Of a stretch of DNA of 64,000 nt, positions 9,554-18,103 are shown piece after piece. The notes beneath the pieces are model-generated. The model was given only the letters and a program-made list of their open reading frames with translations. It did no database searches and had not been told where the DNA came from. Source of the stretch: an uncultured Oscillospiraceae bacterium (GTDB taxonomy: Bacteria > Bacillota > Clostridia > Christensenellales > CAG-138); contig CAZCAV010000004.1 of assembly GCA_964496795.1 (NCBI GenBank), positions 4,660-68,659 of the forward strand, given 5' to 3'. The translations under genes were made by a program, and so were the position numbers. Positions within the stretch are counted from its first letter, which is position 1, and each line of letters begins with the position of its first letter.

Positions 9554-10372
9554 CTATATTCTCCTGTTGTCATATATCAGGTTTGCGGGCTCGCCGTCGG
9601 CGCGCCGCGCGCTGCGTGCATCCGCCGCTCTGGCCAGCCGCATATCACGGCCGAACGCTTTGACGGGGATATCGTCCGTATCGCCCGCCGCCACCTCGTC
9701 GCAGAGGCGGATCATGGAGGGAAGCATGTCCGCAGAGCCCAGCGCGCAGCGGTGCGAAAGCAGCACCGCGTCATAGCGTCCGCGGGTCTCCAGTTCAAGC
9801 CGCGCCATCGCGCCCCTGTACGCGGAAACGGACAGGTCGAACAGCAGCGTATAGGGATTGCAGGCGTCTCCGGTCATCAGGAGCCTTTCCTCCGGAATCA
9901 GAAACGCCATGGAGCCCGGCGTATGCCCGGGCGCAGAAAAGGTCTCCACGCTGACGCCGCCCAGCGCAAAGCGCATGCCCGCCTCCAGCGACAGAAAACG
10001 CGCCGGATCGGGCGCGGGCAGCAGCACGGACGCGTCAAGGGGGACGCCCATCGTCCCGGCCATCCATTTCAGATAATCCGCACGCACGCTTGCCCTGCTC
10101 TGCTCGATGTACACTCCATGATCCAACGGGCTCATATAGACGGTGGAAAACGCCGACGCGCCCATGGCATGATCCACATGTCCGTGCGAGATCAGCACAC
10201 GAACCGGCAGGCCGGTCAAATGCGCCGTCCATTCCTTGAGCTCCGGATGGCCCACGCCCGTGTCTATCAGCACCGCCTGTCCCGTGCCGCAAATCAGATA
10301 TTGGATATCCCCTGACGCGGCATAGAGCGCCGTAACGTGCTTCGATATCGTTTCACTGCGGTAAAAGCCCAT
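9554..10372 (-). CDS. MBL-fold metallo-hydrolase
   Basis: The product has the LISHGHVDHAMG (HxHxDH) motif. I moved the start from TTG 10390 to ATG 10372, which has AGGGG 6 nt upstream. Confidence 0.8.
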   Translation of the reverse strand: MGFYRSETISKHVTALYAASGDIQYLICGTGQAVLIDTGVGHPELKEWTAHLTGLPVRVLISHGHVDHAMGASAFSTVYMSPLDHGVYIEQSRASVRADYLKWMAGTMGVPLDASVLLPAPDPARFLSLEAGMRFALGGVSVETFSAPGHTPGSMAFLIPEERLLMTGDACNPYTLLFDLSVSAYRGAMARLELETRGRYDAVLLSHRCALGSADMLPSMIRLCDEVAAGDTDDIPVKAFGRDMRLARAADARSARRADGEPANLIYDNRRI

Positions 10373-10380
10373 TCGCGCCC

Positions 10381-11328
10381 CTATTCCCAACGATACGGTT
10401 TCAGCTTTTCATTCAGATCGGGGATCTGGCCCGGGCCGACGGCGCGGGTCTTGATCTCCGTGGAGTGCTCGAGCTTTCCGGCATAGGTCAGGCGTGAACG
10501 CGCCTGCTCCTGTTCGGAAAAACTGATCTCCAGCCTTCCGTCCGCAGCTTCAAAAGCGCCGCGGATACCGCAGACGGGGCATTCCACGCTCAAACGGTCG
10601 TCCGAGACCGTCAGCATGTCGCAGTGGCAGACGGGGCATACCCCTTCGTGATCGCCGCGCCACATCTTGCGTCCTGCTTCGTCCTCGCACGCGAGCGCCT
10701 CGATCACATGCTGCGCCAGAGCCGTTGTGCGCGCCATGATGCGTTCGTTGCCTATGACATGATTAAAGGCCATGGCGCCGTGATATTCAAAGGTGTCCAC
10801 AACGTCCATGCCGGTAGACATCGACAGTGCATACATGGTCGGCAGCATGAACGCGAGCCAGTTCTTCGTCATTGCGCCCCCGACGGAAAAGAAAGCGGCG
10901 ACACGCGGCTTGAGCGAGCGCAGGTCGGGAAGCTGCTCCGGCGGCTTTCCGGCGGCAAGGCCCTCTTCAATAGCGGTCTTCCGAAAGCTGATATCATGCG
11001 ACGGCCCCATGCGATCGCAGATAGTCTTAAAGCGTCCGGTCGGCGTCATCTCATAGGTCGGGCAGCCGTATATCACAGCATCGGCCTCCAGAAACGCCTC
11101 GTCCAGAATGGGAAAATCGTCCTTATGCACGCACTCGCCGCGGCCTCTTCCGGTCATCATGCCCACCGTACAGGCAATGCAGCCCGTGCAGTTATGGATG
11201 TTCAGATCGTCCGCACGGATGAAGCGCACCTCATAACCCGCCTTTTCGCACTCCATCAGCGCATGCTTGACCATGACGTCGCAGTTCATCATTTTCCTGC
11301 CGAATGATATGCCTAAAACCTTTTTCAT
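10381..11328 (-). CDS. NADPH-dependent FMN reductase / iron-sulfur flavoprotein-like protein
   Basis: The track ORF 10381..11526 is trimmed to ATG 11328 (MKKVLGISFGRK), 7 nt after the upstream stop. The product has a compact Cys cluster, NCTGCIACT, and a second CPVCHC..CPVC pair. Confidence 0.7.
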   Translation of the reverse strand: MKKVLGISFGRKMMNCDVMVKHALMECEKAGYEVRFIRADDLNIHNCTGCIACTVGMMTGRGRGECVHKDDFPILDEAFLEADAVIYGCPTYEMTPTGRFKTICDRMGPSHDISFRKTAIEEGLAAGKPPEQLPDLRSLKPRVAAFFSVGGAMTKNWLAFMLPTMYALSMSTGMDVVDTFEYHGAMAFNHVIGNERIMARTTALAQHVIEALACEDEAGRKMWRGDHEGVCPVCHCDMLTVSDDRLSVECPVCGIRGAFEAADGRLEISFSEQEQARSRLTYAGKLEHSTEIKTRAVGPGQIPDLNEKLKPYRWE

Positions 11329-11335
11329 AAATCTC

Positions 11336-12322
11336 TCACTTTCCGCCGAAGTATCGCTCGCTGTACCGGCGGCACTCATCGCTGGCCCAGTCCCGCCTAC
11401 GCTGGAAATTTTCGTCCGTCGGATCGCCGATGATGATGGGAAACAGCATGAAATGACCGTCTCCTGCGTAATCGTCGATGCAGCGGCGCACCTCGCCGCG
11501 TACCTGCTCCTCCGTGGCGTTCTCAAAGCCCTGAGGCCCGTAGGAATCCCAGCCGCCGTGGATCAACAGCCGATCGCCGTATTCGCGCTCGATGCGCTTG
11601 AGATCGTTCATGCTTTGCGCCGTCTGCCAGATGGTCGCGCCCGTTTCCAGTATGTCGGGGATGATGCTCTCGCACTGGCCGCAGACATGATGCTCCACAA
11701 GCATACCATGGGAAGCCGCCGCCTGTCCAAGCTGCATCTCAAAGGGCTTTATCAGCTCACGGTAAAGCTGCGGTGAAAAGAACAAGCCCGTGGAGGAGCA
11801 GACGTCGTCGCCGTTGACATAGATATCCGGCTTATAGTATTGCGCCAGTTTTTCAATAGTTTTTATTTTGAAAGCAGTATGTGCTTCAAAAAAGTCGTAC
11901 ACCGCGTCGGTATCGGTCAGCATGGCCATGAGCGCCTCGCACACGCCCATAAGCGATTGCAGACGATTGAAATTGCCCTCCATGCCGAAGCAGCATACCA
12001 CCTTGTTTTCTCTGTCGATATTGGCCAGATCTTTCTTGGCATAGGCTTCCCAGTCGATGGACTCCAGATCGGGAAAGCTTATGATCTCGCGCCAGTCGTT
12101 GACGTCCGCAAGGATATGTTCATAGGGATCGGGGATGGCCTGATAGCCTGTATCCGGCGTAACGAGCCAGTTGACGCCGAACATGTCGCGGCCGCCCTTG
12201 CCCATCTCGCCTTGATTGTTCAGCGCGGAGGAACCCATCGGCGCATAGGCGTCGTAAAAGCATGGCGTCCAGGCAGGCGTCTCGTGCCGCAGCACGCGCA
12301 AAAAGTTTTCGCGCTCTGTCAT
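11336..12322 (-). CDS. Uroporphyrinogen-decarboxylase (URO-D) fold protein, MtaA/CmuA-like methyltransferase family
   Basis: The call rests on overall resemblance by eye, with no decisive motif. I moved the start to ATG 12322 (MTERENFLRVL), which has AAGGAG 4 nt upstream. Confidence 0.6.
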   Translation of the reverse strand: MTERENFLRVLRHETPAWTPCFYDAYAPMGSSALNNQGEMGKGGRDMFGVNWLVTPDTGYQAIPDPYEHILADVNDWREIISFPDLESIDWEAYAKKDLANIDRENKVVCCFGMEGNFNRLQSLMGVCEALMAMLTDTDAVYDFFEAHTAFKIKTIEKLAQYYKPDIYVNGDDVCSSTGLFFSPQLYRELIKPFEMQLGQAAASHGMLVEHHVCGQCESIIPDILETGATIWQTAQSMNDLKRIEREYGDRLLIHGGWDSYGPQGFENATEEQVRGEVRRCIDDYAGDGHFMLFPIIIGDPTDENFQRRRDWASDECRRYSERYFGGK

Positions 12323-12381
12323 GTTGCTCCTTTTATAAGGGCGCGCCATTACCCGGCGCGCCCTTTACGGTTCGCTTGTTC

Positions 12382-13476
12382 TTAGAAATCGTCGCGGCTG
12401 ACCGAGGTCACATGACCGGTCTCGAGGTACTCATCCACGGTATCCGCATCGACAAAGGTCGTGCCCGCCATCTGAACGTGACCGCTCTCCACGGTGCCGT
12501 CATAGATGCCGGTGACCATCTGCATCAGCTCGGTTGCTGTATCGTCCACGCTGCCGGTAAGCACCATGCCGCGCAGCGGCGAATTGCCGTCGACGGAGCT
12601 CTTGATGGTCTCCGCCATGGCGTTGTCGCCGTTGATGCAGAAGATGCCCAGGTTGCTGTAATCGGTGACAGGCGAGCTCAGAGAGGTAAAGAAGCTGTTG
12701 ATGCCGTTGCCGAGGCCGCTATGCGCGGACAGGAACACCTGAATCTCCGGGTTGGTCGTATAGAGATTCTCCATCTTGGCAAGGCCGGTCTCCTGGGTCT
12801 CGTCCTCGCAGGCTACCTCGATGACAAACTTGGCCTTCTGAGAAAACTGCTCGATTTTCAGCAGCTCGTCAGCCTGCACCACGCCGGTGTCGGCGGTACG
12901 GCAGGAGAACACCGCAACGAGAACGGAATGATCCTCAGCATCCGCAAAGGTCGCGTCGATCCACTTTGCCGCGAGCTTGGCGCAGCAATCGGCCAGATCC
13001 GCGTTGTCGGAGAGCATGACCACGTCAAATTTTTCCGTCTGCGCCACAAAGGCAACGACCTTGATGTCGGCTGCGATCGCCTGATCGATGACAGCGCCCA
13101 TGGCTTCCGGCGCGACCGCCCAGAGCACCAGCACGTCTACGCCCATGGCGATATAGTTTTCACAGGCTTCGATCTGCGCGGTCGGATCGAACTTGCCGTC
13201 CGCATAGCTGGCTTCCCAGCCCGCTTCGTTCATCTTGACAACATAGGCATCGGCGAGCTGCTGGAAAAAGTCGCCGCCAAGGCCAAAGGTCACAAAGCCG
13301 ACGACCGGCTTTGCGCCGTCTGCCGCTTCCTCCGGCGCAGCTTCCACAGTCCCCTCGACGATGGCTTCCGCGGCTTCCGTGACAGCAGGCGCTTCCTGGG
13401 CTGCGGGTGCGGCGCATCCGATCATCGCCATAGCGACAAGCGCAAGCGTCAGCAGAATAGATATGGTTCTTTTCAT
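12382..13476 (-). CDS. Sugar ABC transporter substrate-binding lipoprotein (ribose/monosaccharide type)
   Basis: The start is at ATG 13476, preceded by GGAGG. The product has the lipoprotein signal MKRTISILLTLALVAMAMIGC followed by an Ala/Glu/Pro linker. Confidence 0.75.
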   Translation of the reverse strand: MKRTISILLTLALVAMAMIGCAAPAAQEAPAVTEAAEAIVEGTVEAAPEEAADGAKPVVGFVTFGLGGDFFQQLADAYVVKMNEAGWEASYADGKFDPTAQIEACENYIAMGVDVLVLWAVAPEAMGAVIDQAIAADIKVVAFVAQTEKFDVVMLSDNADLADCCAKLAAKWIDATFADAEDHSVLVAVFSCRTADTGVVQADELLKIEQFSQKAKFVIEVACEDETQETGLAKMENLYTTNPEIQVFLSAHSGLGNGINSFFTSLSSPVTDYSNLGIFCINGDNAMAETIKSSVDGNSPLRGMVLTGSVDDTATELMQMVTGIYDGTVESGHVQMAGTTFVDADTVDEYLETGHVTSVSRDDF

Positions 13477-13528
13477 GTTTGGTTTCCTCCTTTTTATTAT
13501 GTCATGCGGGATGATACCCGCTGGCATG

Positions 13529-14494
13529 TCACATGGATTTTGCGTTGCGGTTGCTAAGGTAGAGCGACACGAGCATGATCACGCCCTTGGCGATATACTG
13601 TGGATAGGCGCCAAGGTTGATGAGCTGCATACCGTTGCTGAGTACCCCGAGCACGAACACGGCAACGATCGCCTTCCAAAGGGTGCCTTCGCCGCCCTTG
13701 AGCGCAACGCCCGAAAGCACACAGGCAATGATGCCGGTAAACTCGATGCCCGTACCCGTGCCGGAATCGGCCGAGCCTGCGCGCGATGAGATCAATACCG
13801 CCGAGATGCCGACCAGTACGCCCGCCAGCGTAAAGGCCAGCACCTTGATGCGCGCTACATTGAGACCGGCCAGCCGCGCCGCTTCCGGGTTGTCGCCCGC
13901 GGCAAAGGCGCGTCTTCCGATAAATGTCTTGCCCATGACAACCCCAACGATCAATACGATAACGAGCATGATGACCACATTGAGCGGCAGCCAGCCAAAC
14001 AGGCGGCCCTGCCCGATATACATATAAGCCTTTGGCAGATTGTGAAAGGTCTTGGAGCCGCTGATCAAATAGGAAATGCCCTGAAAGATCGCCATGGTCG
14101 CCAGAGTCACGATCATGGGCTGACTCTTGAGCTTGATGGCCATCACGCCGTTGAAGGTGCCAAGCAGGCTGCACAGCATTATACCGAGAATGACCGCGAG
14201 CCACGCGGGCAGTATCCCTTCGCTGACGGTCTTGGCGATCAGCACCGCAGCCACCGACATCTGATAGCCGATCGACAGGTCGCAGCCGCCGCTGATCATG
14301 ATGATAAACACCGCCGAGGTACATACGGCCACATGCACGTTCTGCACCAAAATATTCGTGAGATTGACCTTGGTCAAAAACTTGTCCGACAGACAACTGA
14401 ATACGATCAGCAGCAGCAGCAGCAATATCGGCATGGACATATCCGCCAGCACCTGCCCGAAGGTCTTTTTTTGCTTTATCGTGATGCTTTCCAT
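13529..14494 (-). CDS. Sugar ABC transporter permease (RbsC-like)
   Basis: The product is multi-pass and hydrophobic. The start is ATG 14494 (MESITIKQ), preceded by GAGGGGG. Confidence 0.85.
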   Translation of the reverse strand: MESITIKQKKTFGQVLADMSMPILLLLLLIVFSCLSDKFLTKVNLTNILVQNVHVAVCTSAVFIIMISGGCDLSIGYQMSVAAVLIAKTVSEGILPAWLAVILGIMLCSLLGTFNGVMAIKLKSQPMIVTLATMAIFQGISYLISGSKTFHNLPKAYMYIGQGRLFGWLPLNVVIMLVIVLIVGVVMGKTFIGRRAFAAGDNPEAARLAGLNVARIKVLAFTLAGVLVGISAVLISSRAGSADSGTGTGIEFTGIIACVLSGVALKGGEGTLWKAIVAVFVLGVLSNGMQLINLGAYPQYIAKGVIMLVSLYLSNRNAKSM

Positions 14495-14505
14495 TTCGTT
14501 CCCCC

Positions 14506-15981
14506 TCATATTCCCGATGCAAGGGACAGTATTCGTTCCTGCTCAAATTCATCCTGCTGCAAGACGCCGGCCTGCCGACCCTCGTGCAGCACAACGATGC
14601 GCTCCGACATGCCAAGCAGCTCCTCCATATCCGACGAGACCATCAGTATGGATTTGCCCTGCTCCGTCAGTTCGATCATGAGCTGGTATATCTCCTGCCG
14701 CGCGCCCACGTCGATGCCGCGCGTCGGCTCGTCGAATATCAGGATGTCCGGCTCGATTGCCAGCACCTTCGCTACGACCACCTTCTGCTGATTGCCGCCT
14801 GAAAGGTACATTGCCTGCTGCCTGAGCGACGGCGTTTTGATGCGGAGCCTCTCACGGTATTCCTCCGCCTGCGCCATCTCGCGTTTGCGATCAATGATGA
14901 GTCCCTTGCTGAGCTTATAGATGTTGGATATCGTAATGTTCCAGTAGACCGGCTTTTCGATGAAGCAGCCTTGAAACTTCCGGTCCTCGGGGATCAGCCC
15001 GATGCCGGCCGCAAGCCCGTCGCTGGGATTTCTGGCATGCAGCGGCTTCCCGTGAAGAAGAATCTCGCCCGCGCTTCGCTTCGCCGCGCCAAACAGGAGG
15101 TGCATCAGCTCCGTGCGGCCTGCGCCCACGAGGCCCGCAAAGCCCAGTATCTCTCCTTTATGCAGTGTAAAGCTGATATCGCTGAGTCCGTTGCCGCAAA
15201 GCCCGCGCGCTTCCAGAACCGCCTCTTGGGAGGCGGCCGGCTTTTGAGGATAATTGGAGGAAAGCTCGCGGCCGACCATCAGCCGCACCATCTCCCCCTT
15301 GTCCAGCTCGTGGATAGGTCTTGTCGTCACAAATCTGCCGTCGCGCAGCACCGTCACGCGGTCGCATATCTCAAACAGCTCTTCAAGCCGGTGCGAAATA
15401 TAGATGATCGTAACGCCGCGCGCCTTGAGCTCGCGTATGATGCGGAACAGATTCTGCTGCTCCTCCACCGTGATGGCGGCGGTGGGCTCGTCCATAATGA
15501 CGATCTTTGCGTCCTTGACTATCGCCTTGGCCATCTCCACGATCTGCCGGTTCGCTACGGACAGCTCGCGCACAAGCGCCGCAGGCGATACCTGACAATG
15601 GAACTGATCCAGCAGCTCCCGCGTCCGTCTGGCCATCGCACGGTCGTCCGTGAACACGCCGCGTTTCTGCTTCATGCCCATGAATATATTGTCCGCCACA
15701 GTCATGGCGTCGAACTGGATCAGCTCCTGATATACCACCGCGATGCCCAGACCGATCGTGATCGCGGGCTCCAGACAGGCGTAGTCCCGCCCGCCGATCG
15801 TGATCGTACCGGAATCCGGCCGGATCGCGCCGGAGATCGTTTTGATAAAGGTAGATTTTCCTGCGCCGTTTTCGCCGATGATCGCATGCACCTCGCCCCT
15901 GTCAAACGAGATGGATACATCATCCAGCGCCTTTACGCCCGGATAGGTTTTCGTAATGTGTTTCAGCGACAGTACTTCCAT
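14506..15981 (-). CDS. Sugar ABC transporter ATP-binding protein with two ABC domains
   Basis: The product has Walker A GENGAGKST, a second P-loop GLVGAGRTEL, and the signature LSGGNQQK. Confidence 0.9.
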   Translation of the reverse strand: MEVLSLKHITKTYPGVKALDDVSISFDRGEVHAIIGENGAGKSTFIKTISGAIRPDSGTITIGGRDYACLEPAITIGLGIAVVYQELIQFDAMTVADNIFMGMKQKRGVFTDDRAMARRTRELLDQFHCQVSPAALVRELSVANRQIVEMAKAIVKDAKIVIMDEPTAAITVEEQQNLFRIIRELKARGVTIIYISHRLEELFEICDRVTVLRDGRFVTTRPIHELDKGEMVRLMVGRELSSNYPQKPAASQEAVLEARGLCGNGLSDISFTLHKGEILGFAGLVGAGRTELMHLLFGAAKRSAGEILLHGKPLHARNPSDGLAAGIGLIPEDRKFQGCFIEKPVYWNITISNIYKLSKGLIIDRKREMAQAEEYRERLRIKTPSLRQQAMYLSGGNQQKVVVAKVLAIEPDILIFDEPTRGIDVGARQEIYQLMIELTEQGKSILMVSSDMEELLGMSERIVVLHEGRQAGVLQQDEFEQERILSLASGI

Positions 15982-16002
15982 GCGGCTTCCTCTCCGGGGA
16001 GC

Positions 16003-16962
16003 TTACGCCCACCACATCTCGCCGGCGCGTTCGCGGATGATCACTCGTCTAAGAAGCGCGGCGGCTTTTTCAAGCCCTTCGTTAATGGACATCATGCCAT
16101 CCTCATGCTCAATGCTGATAGCGCCGTCATAGCCGACGGTCTGTAAAGCGGTCATCATCTCGCGCCACATCCGCTCGTCCATGCCGTAGCCCACCGTACG
16201 GAAGGACCATGCACGGGCTGCAAAATTCCCGTAATGCTTCGTATCCAGCACGCCGATCTTTGCCGTGTTTTCCGCATCGATGCGCGTGTCCTTGGCATGG
16301 AAATGATAGATGCTGCCGCCAAGATAGCGGATCGCCGCCACGGGGTCCATGCCCTGCCAGATCAGGTGCGACGGGTCGAAGTTCGCGCCGATGGTATCAC
16401 CCACCGCTGCACGCAGCTTCAGGCAGGTCTCCGTATTGTACACGCAGAAGCCCGGGTGCATCTCCAGCGCGATCTTTTTTACGCCATGATCGTTTGCAAA
16501 GGCGACGGCCTTTTCCCAGTACGGGATGAGTACCTCGTTCCATTGGTAATCCAGCACATGCAGGAAATCCTCCGGCCACGGGCATACGACCCAGTTGGGC
16601 GTCGCATCCGCGGGGCTTCCGCCCGGGCAGCCCGAAAACGTCACCAGCGTGTCCACGCCAAGCTTCTCGGCAAACAGCACGGCTGCTTCATAGTCCCGCT
16701 GGAATCTGTCCGCCTCGCTTTTATCGGGATGGACGCAGTTGCCGTGCACGGAGATGGCGGAGATGCTCATGCCGTACTTGTTCAGCAGCTCCAGCAGCTC
16801 CTCGGGTTTTTTCTCTCCGTCCATATACGCCCTTGTGTGCGTGTTTCCCGGGAACCCGCCCGCGCCGAGCTCCACCTGCTCGACGCCAAGACCATGCAGA
16901 TACTTGAGCGTATCCTCAAGGGGCATGCCGTAAAACGGAACCGTCAGTACGCTTAACTTCAT
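16003..16962 (-). CDS. Xylose-isomerase-like TIM-barrel protein (sugar phosphate isomerase/epimerase family)
   Basis: The track ORF 16003..17277 is trimmed to ATG 16962 (MKLSVLTVPFYG), preceded by GGAGGG. The discarded N-terminal extension is Arg/Gly-rich junk. Confidence 0.8.
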   Translation of the reverse strand: MKLSVLTVPFYGMPLEDTLKYLHGLGVEQVELGAGGFPGNTHTRAYMDGEKKPEELLELLNKYGMSISAISVHGNCVHPDKSEADRFQRDYEAAVLFAEKLGVDTLVTFSGCPGGSPADATPNWVVCPWPEDFLHVLDYQWNEVLIPYWEKAVAFANDHGVKKIALEMHPGFCVYNTETCLKLRAAVGDTIGANFDPSHLIWQGMDPVAAIRYLGGSIYHFHAKDTRIDAENTAKIGVLDTKHYGNFAARAWSFRTVGYGMDERMWREMMTALQTVGYDGAISIEHEDGMMSINEGLEKAAALLRRVIIRERAGEMWWA

Positions 16963-16973
16963 ATTTCCCTCCG

Positions 16974-18086
16974 TCACTGATTCAGCAGCACTTCGTGTCC
17001 GGTGCGCGCGGATTCGTATATGGCCTCCAGTATCTGCGTGACCACGAACGCCTGCTCCGGCTTGACCAGCGGCTCGGTATCGTTCCGTATCGCCTCCAGC
17101 CATTGTCTGGCTTCCACAAGACCCGGCTCCGCGCCCGCGCCTTCGAAGTAAGCGACGTTGCCGGCGCCGGTCAGGCGCTCCTCGGTCAGCATGCCGTTGT
17201 GGCCGCGGTTGATAATGAGCTCGTCTACGGGGTAGCTCATGCCGGAGCGTATCTCCGCGCCCGCCTTTGTGCCGCAAAGCGTGGTGGACGCCTCCCTGGA
17301 ATCGAGCACGTTCAGCGCCCAGGACGCCTCCAGATTGATGCAGGAACCGTCCTTCATTTTGATCATACCGAAAGCGGAGTCCTCCACCTCATAGGTCTCG
17401 GGATCCCACGGCCCGAACATATTGCCCTCGGTTGCCTGAGGCAGATGCCCCAGCTTATAGAACACGCTGCCAGAAACCGACGCCGGCTCATAATTGTTCA
17501 TCATCCACAGCGTGATGTCCAGCGCATGCGTGCCGATATCGATAAGCGGCCCGCCGCCCTGCAGGGCCTTGTTTGGAAACACGCCCCATGTGGGCACGGC
17601 ACGCCGCCGCAGCGCGTAGGCCTTGGCATAATATATCTCGCCCAGCTCGCCTGCCAGGCAGTTCCTGTGCAGCATCTGTACCTCGGGGCGAAACCGGTTT
17701 TGATAAGCGACGGTGAACTTCATGCCGCTTTTTCTCCATGCGTCCAGCATCTTTTGCGCGTCTGCGGTCGAATGCGCCATAGGCTTTTCGCACATGACAT
17801 GCTTCCCCGCTTCGAGCGCCGCGACAGTGGCTTCACAGTGCGCAACATTCGGCGTGAGCACATGCACTACGTCAATATCAGCCTCCCGATACATTTTCCG
17901 GTAATCCGTATATACCCTTGCGCCGTCCGCGCCGTGCTCCCTGGCCGCCGTTTCGGCGCGCTCGGGAATGATGTCGCAAAAGGCGGTCATCTCGCACAGC
18001 TCCGGAAGCTTTGACAGCGCCGCTATGTGCTTGTTATTGGCAATGCCGCCGCAGCCGACAAGGCCGATCCTCAGTTTCTTAGCCAT
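16974..18086 (-). CDS. Gfo/Idh/MocA-family oxidoreductase
   Basis: The product has the motifs RIGLVGCGGIANNKH and VMCEKPMA. Confidence 0.85.
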   Translation of the reverse strand: MAKKLRIGLVGCGGIANNKHIAALSKLPELCEMTAFCDIIPERAETAAREHGADGARVYTDYRKMYREADIDVVHVLTPNVAHCEATVAALEAGKHVMCEKPMAHSTADAQKMLDAWRKSGMKFTVAYQNRFRPEVQMLHRNCLAGELGEIYYAKAYALRRRAVPTWGVFPNKALQGGGPLIDIGTHALDITLWMMNNYEPASVSGSVFYKLGHLPQATEGNMFGPWDPETYEVEDSAFGMIKMKDGSCINLEASWALNVLDSREASTTLCGTKAGAEIRSGMSYPVDELIINRGHNGMLTEERLTGAGNVAYFEGAGAEPGLVEARQWLEAIRNDTEPLVKPEQAFVVTQILEAIYESARTGHEVLLNQ

Positions 18087-18103
18087 ATACCCCTCCGTCC
18101 TTT

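Noticed and set aside
13554-14615. A 353-aa minus-strand ORF overlapping the ABC permease in another frame.
   Set aside because: Its product is Arg/Gly-rich and non-hydrophobic. The permease frame (13529..14494) gives a coherent polytopic protein with an RBS.
16963-17277. N-terminal extensions offered by the ORF track. They affect this TIM-barrel gene and also 10381..11526, 35599..37326, 37074..37973, 38904..39899, 56527..57627, 27043..28557 and 60923..63436.
   Set aside because: The extensions overlap upstream genes or promoters and are low-complexity. Internal starts with GGAGG-type RBSs give canonical family N-termini.
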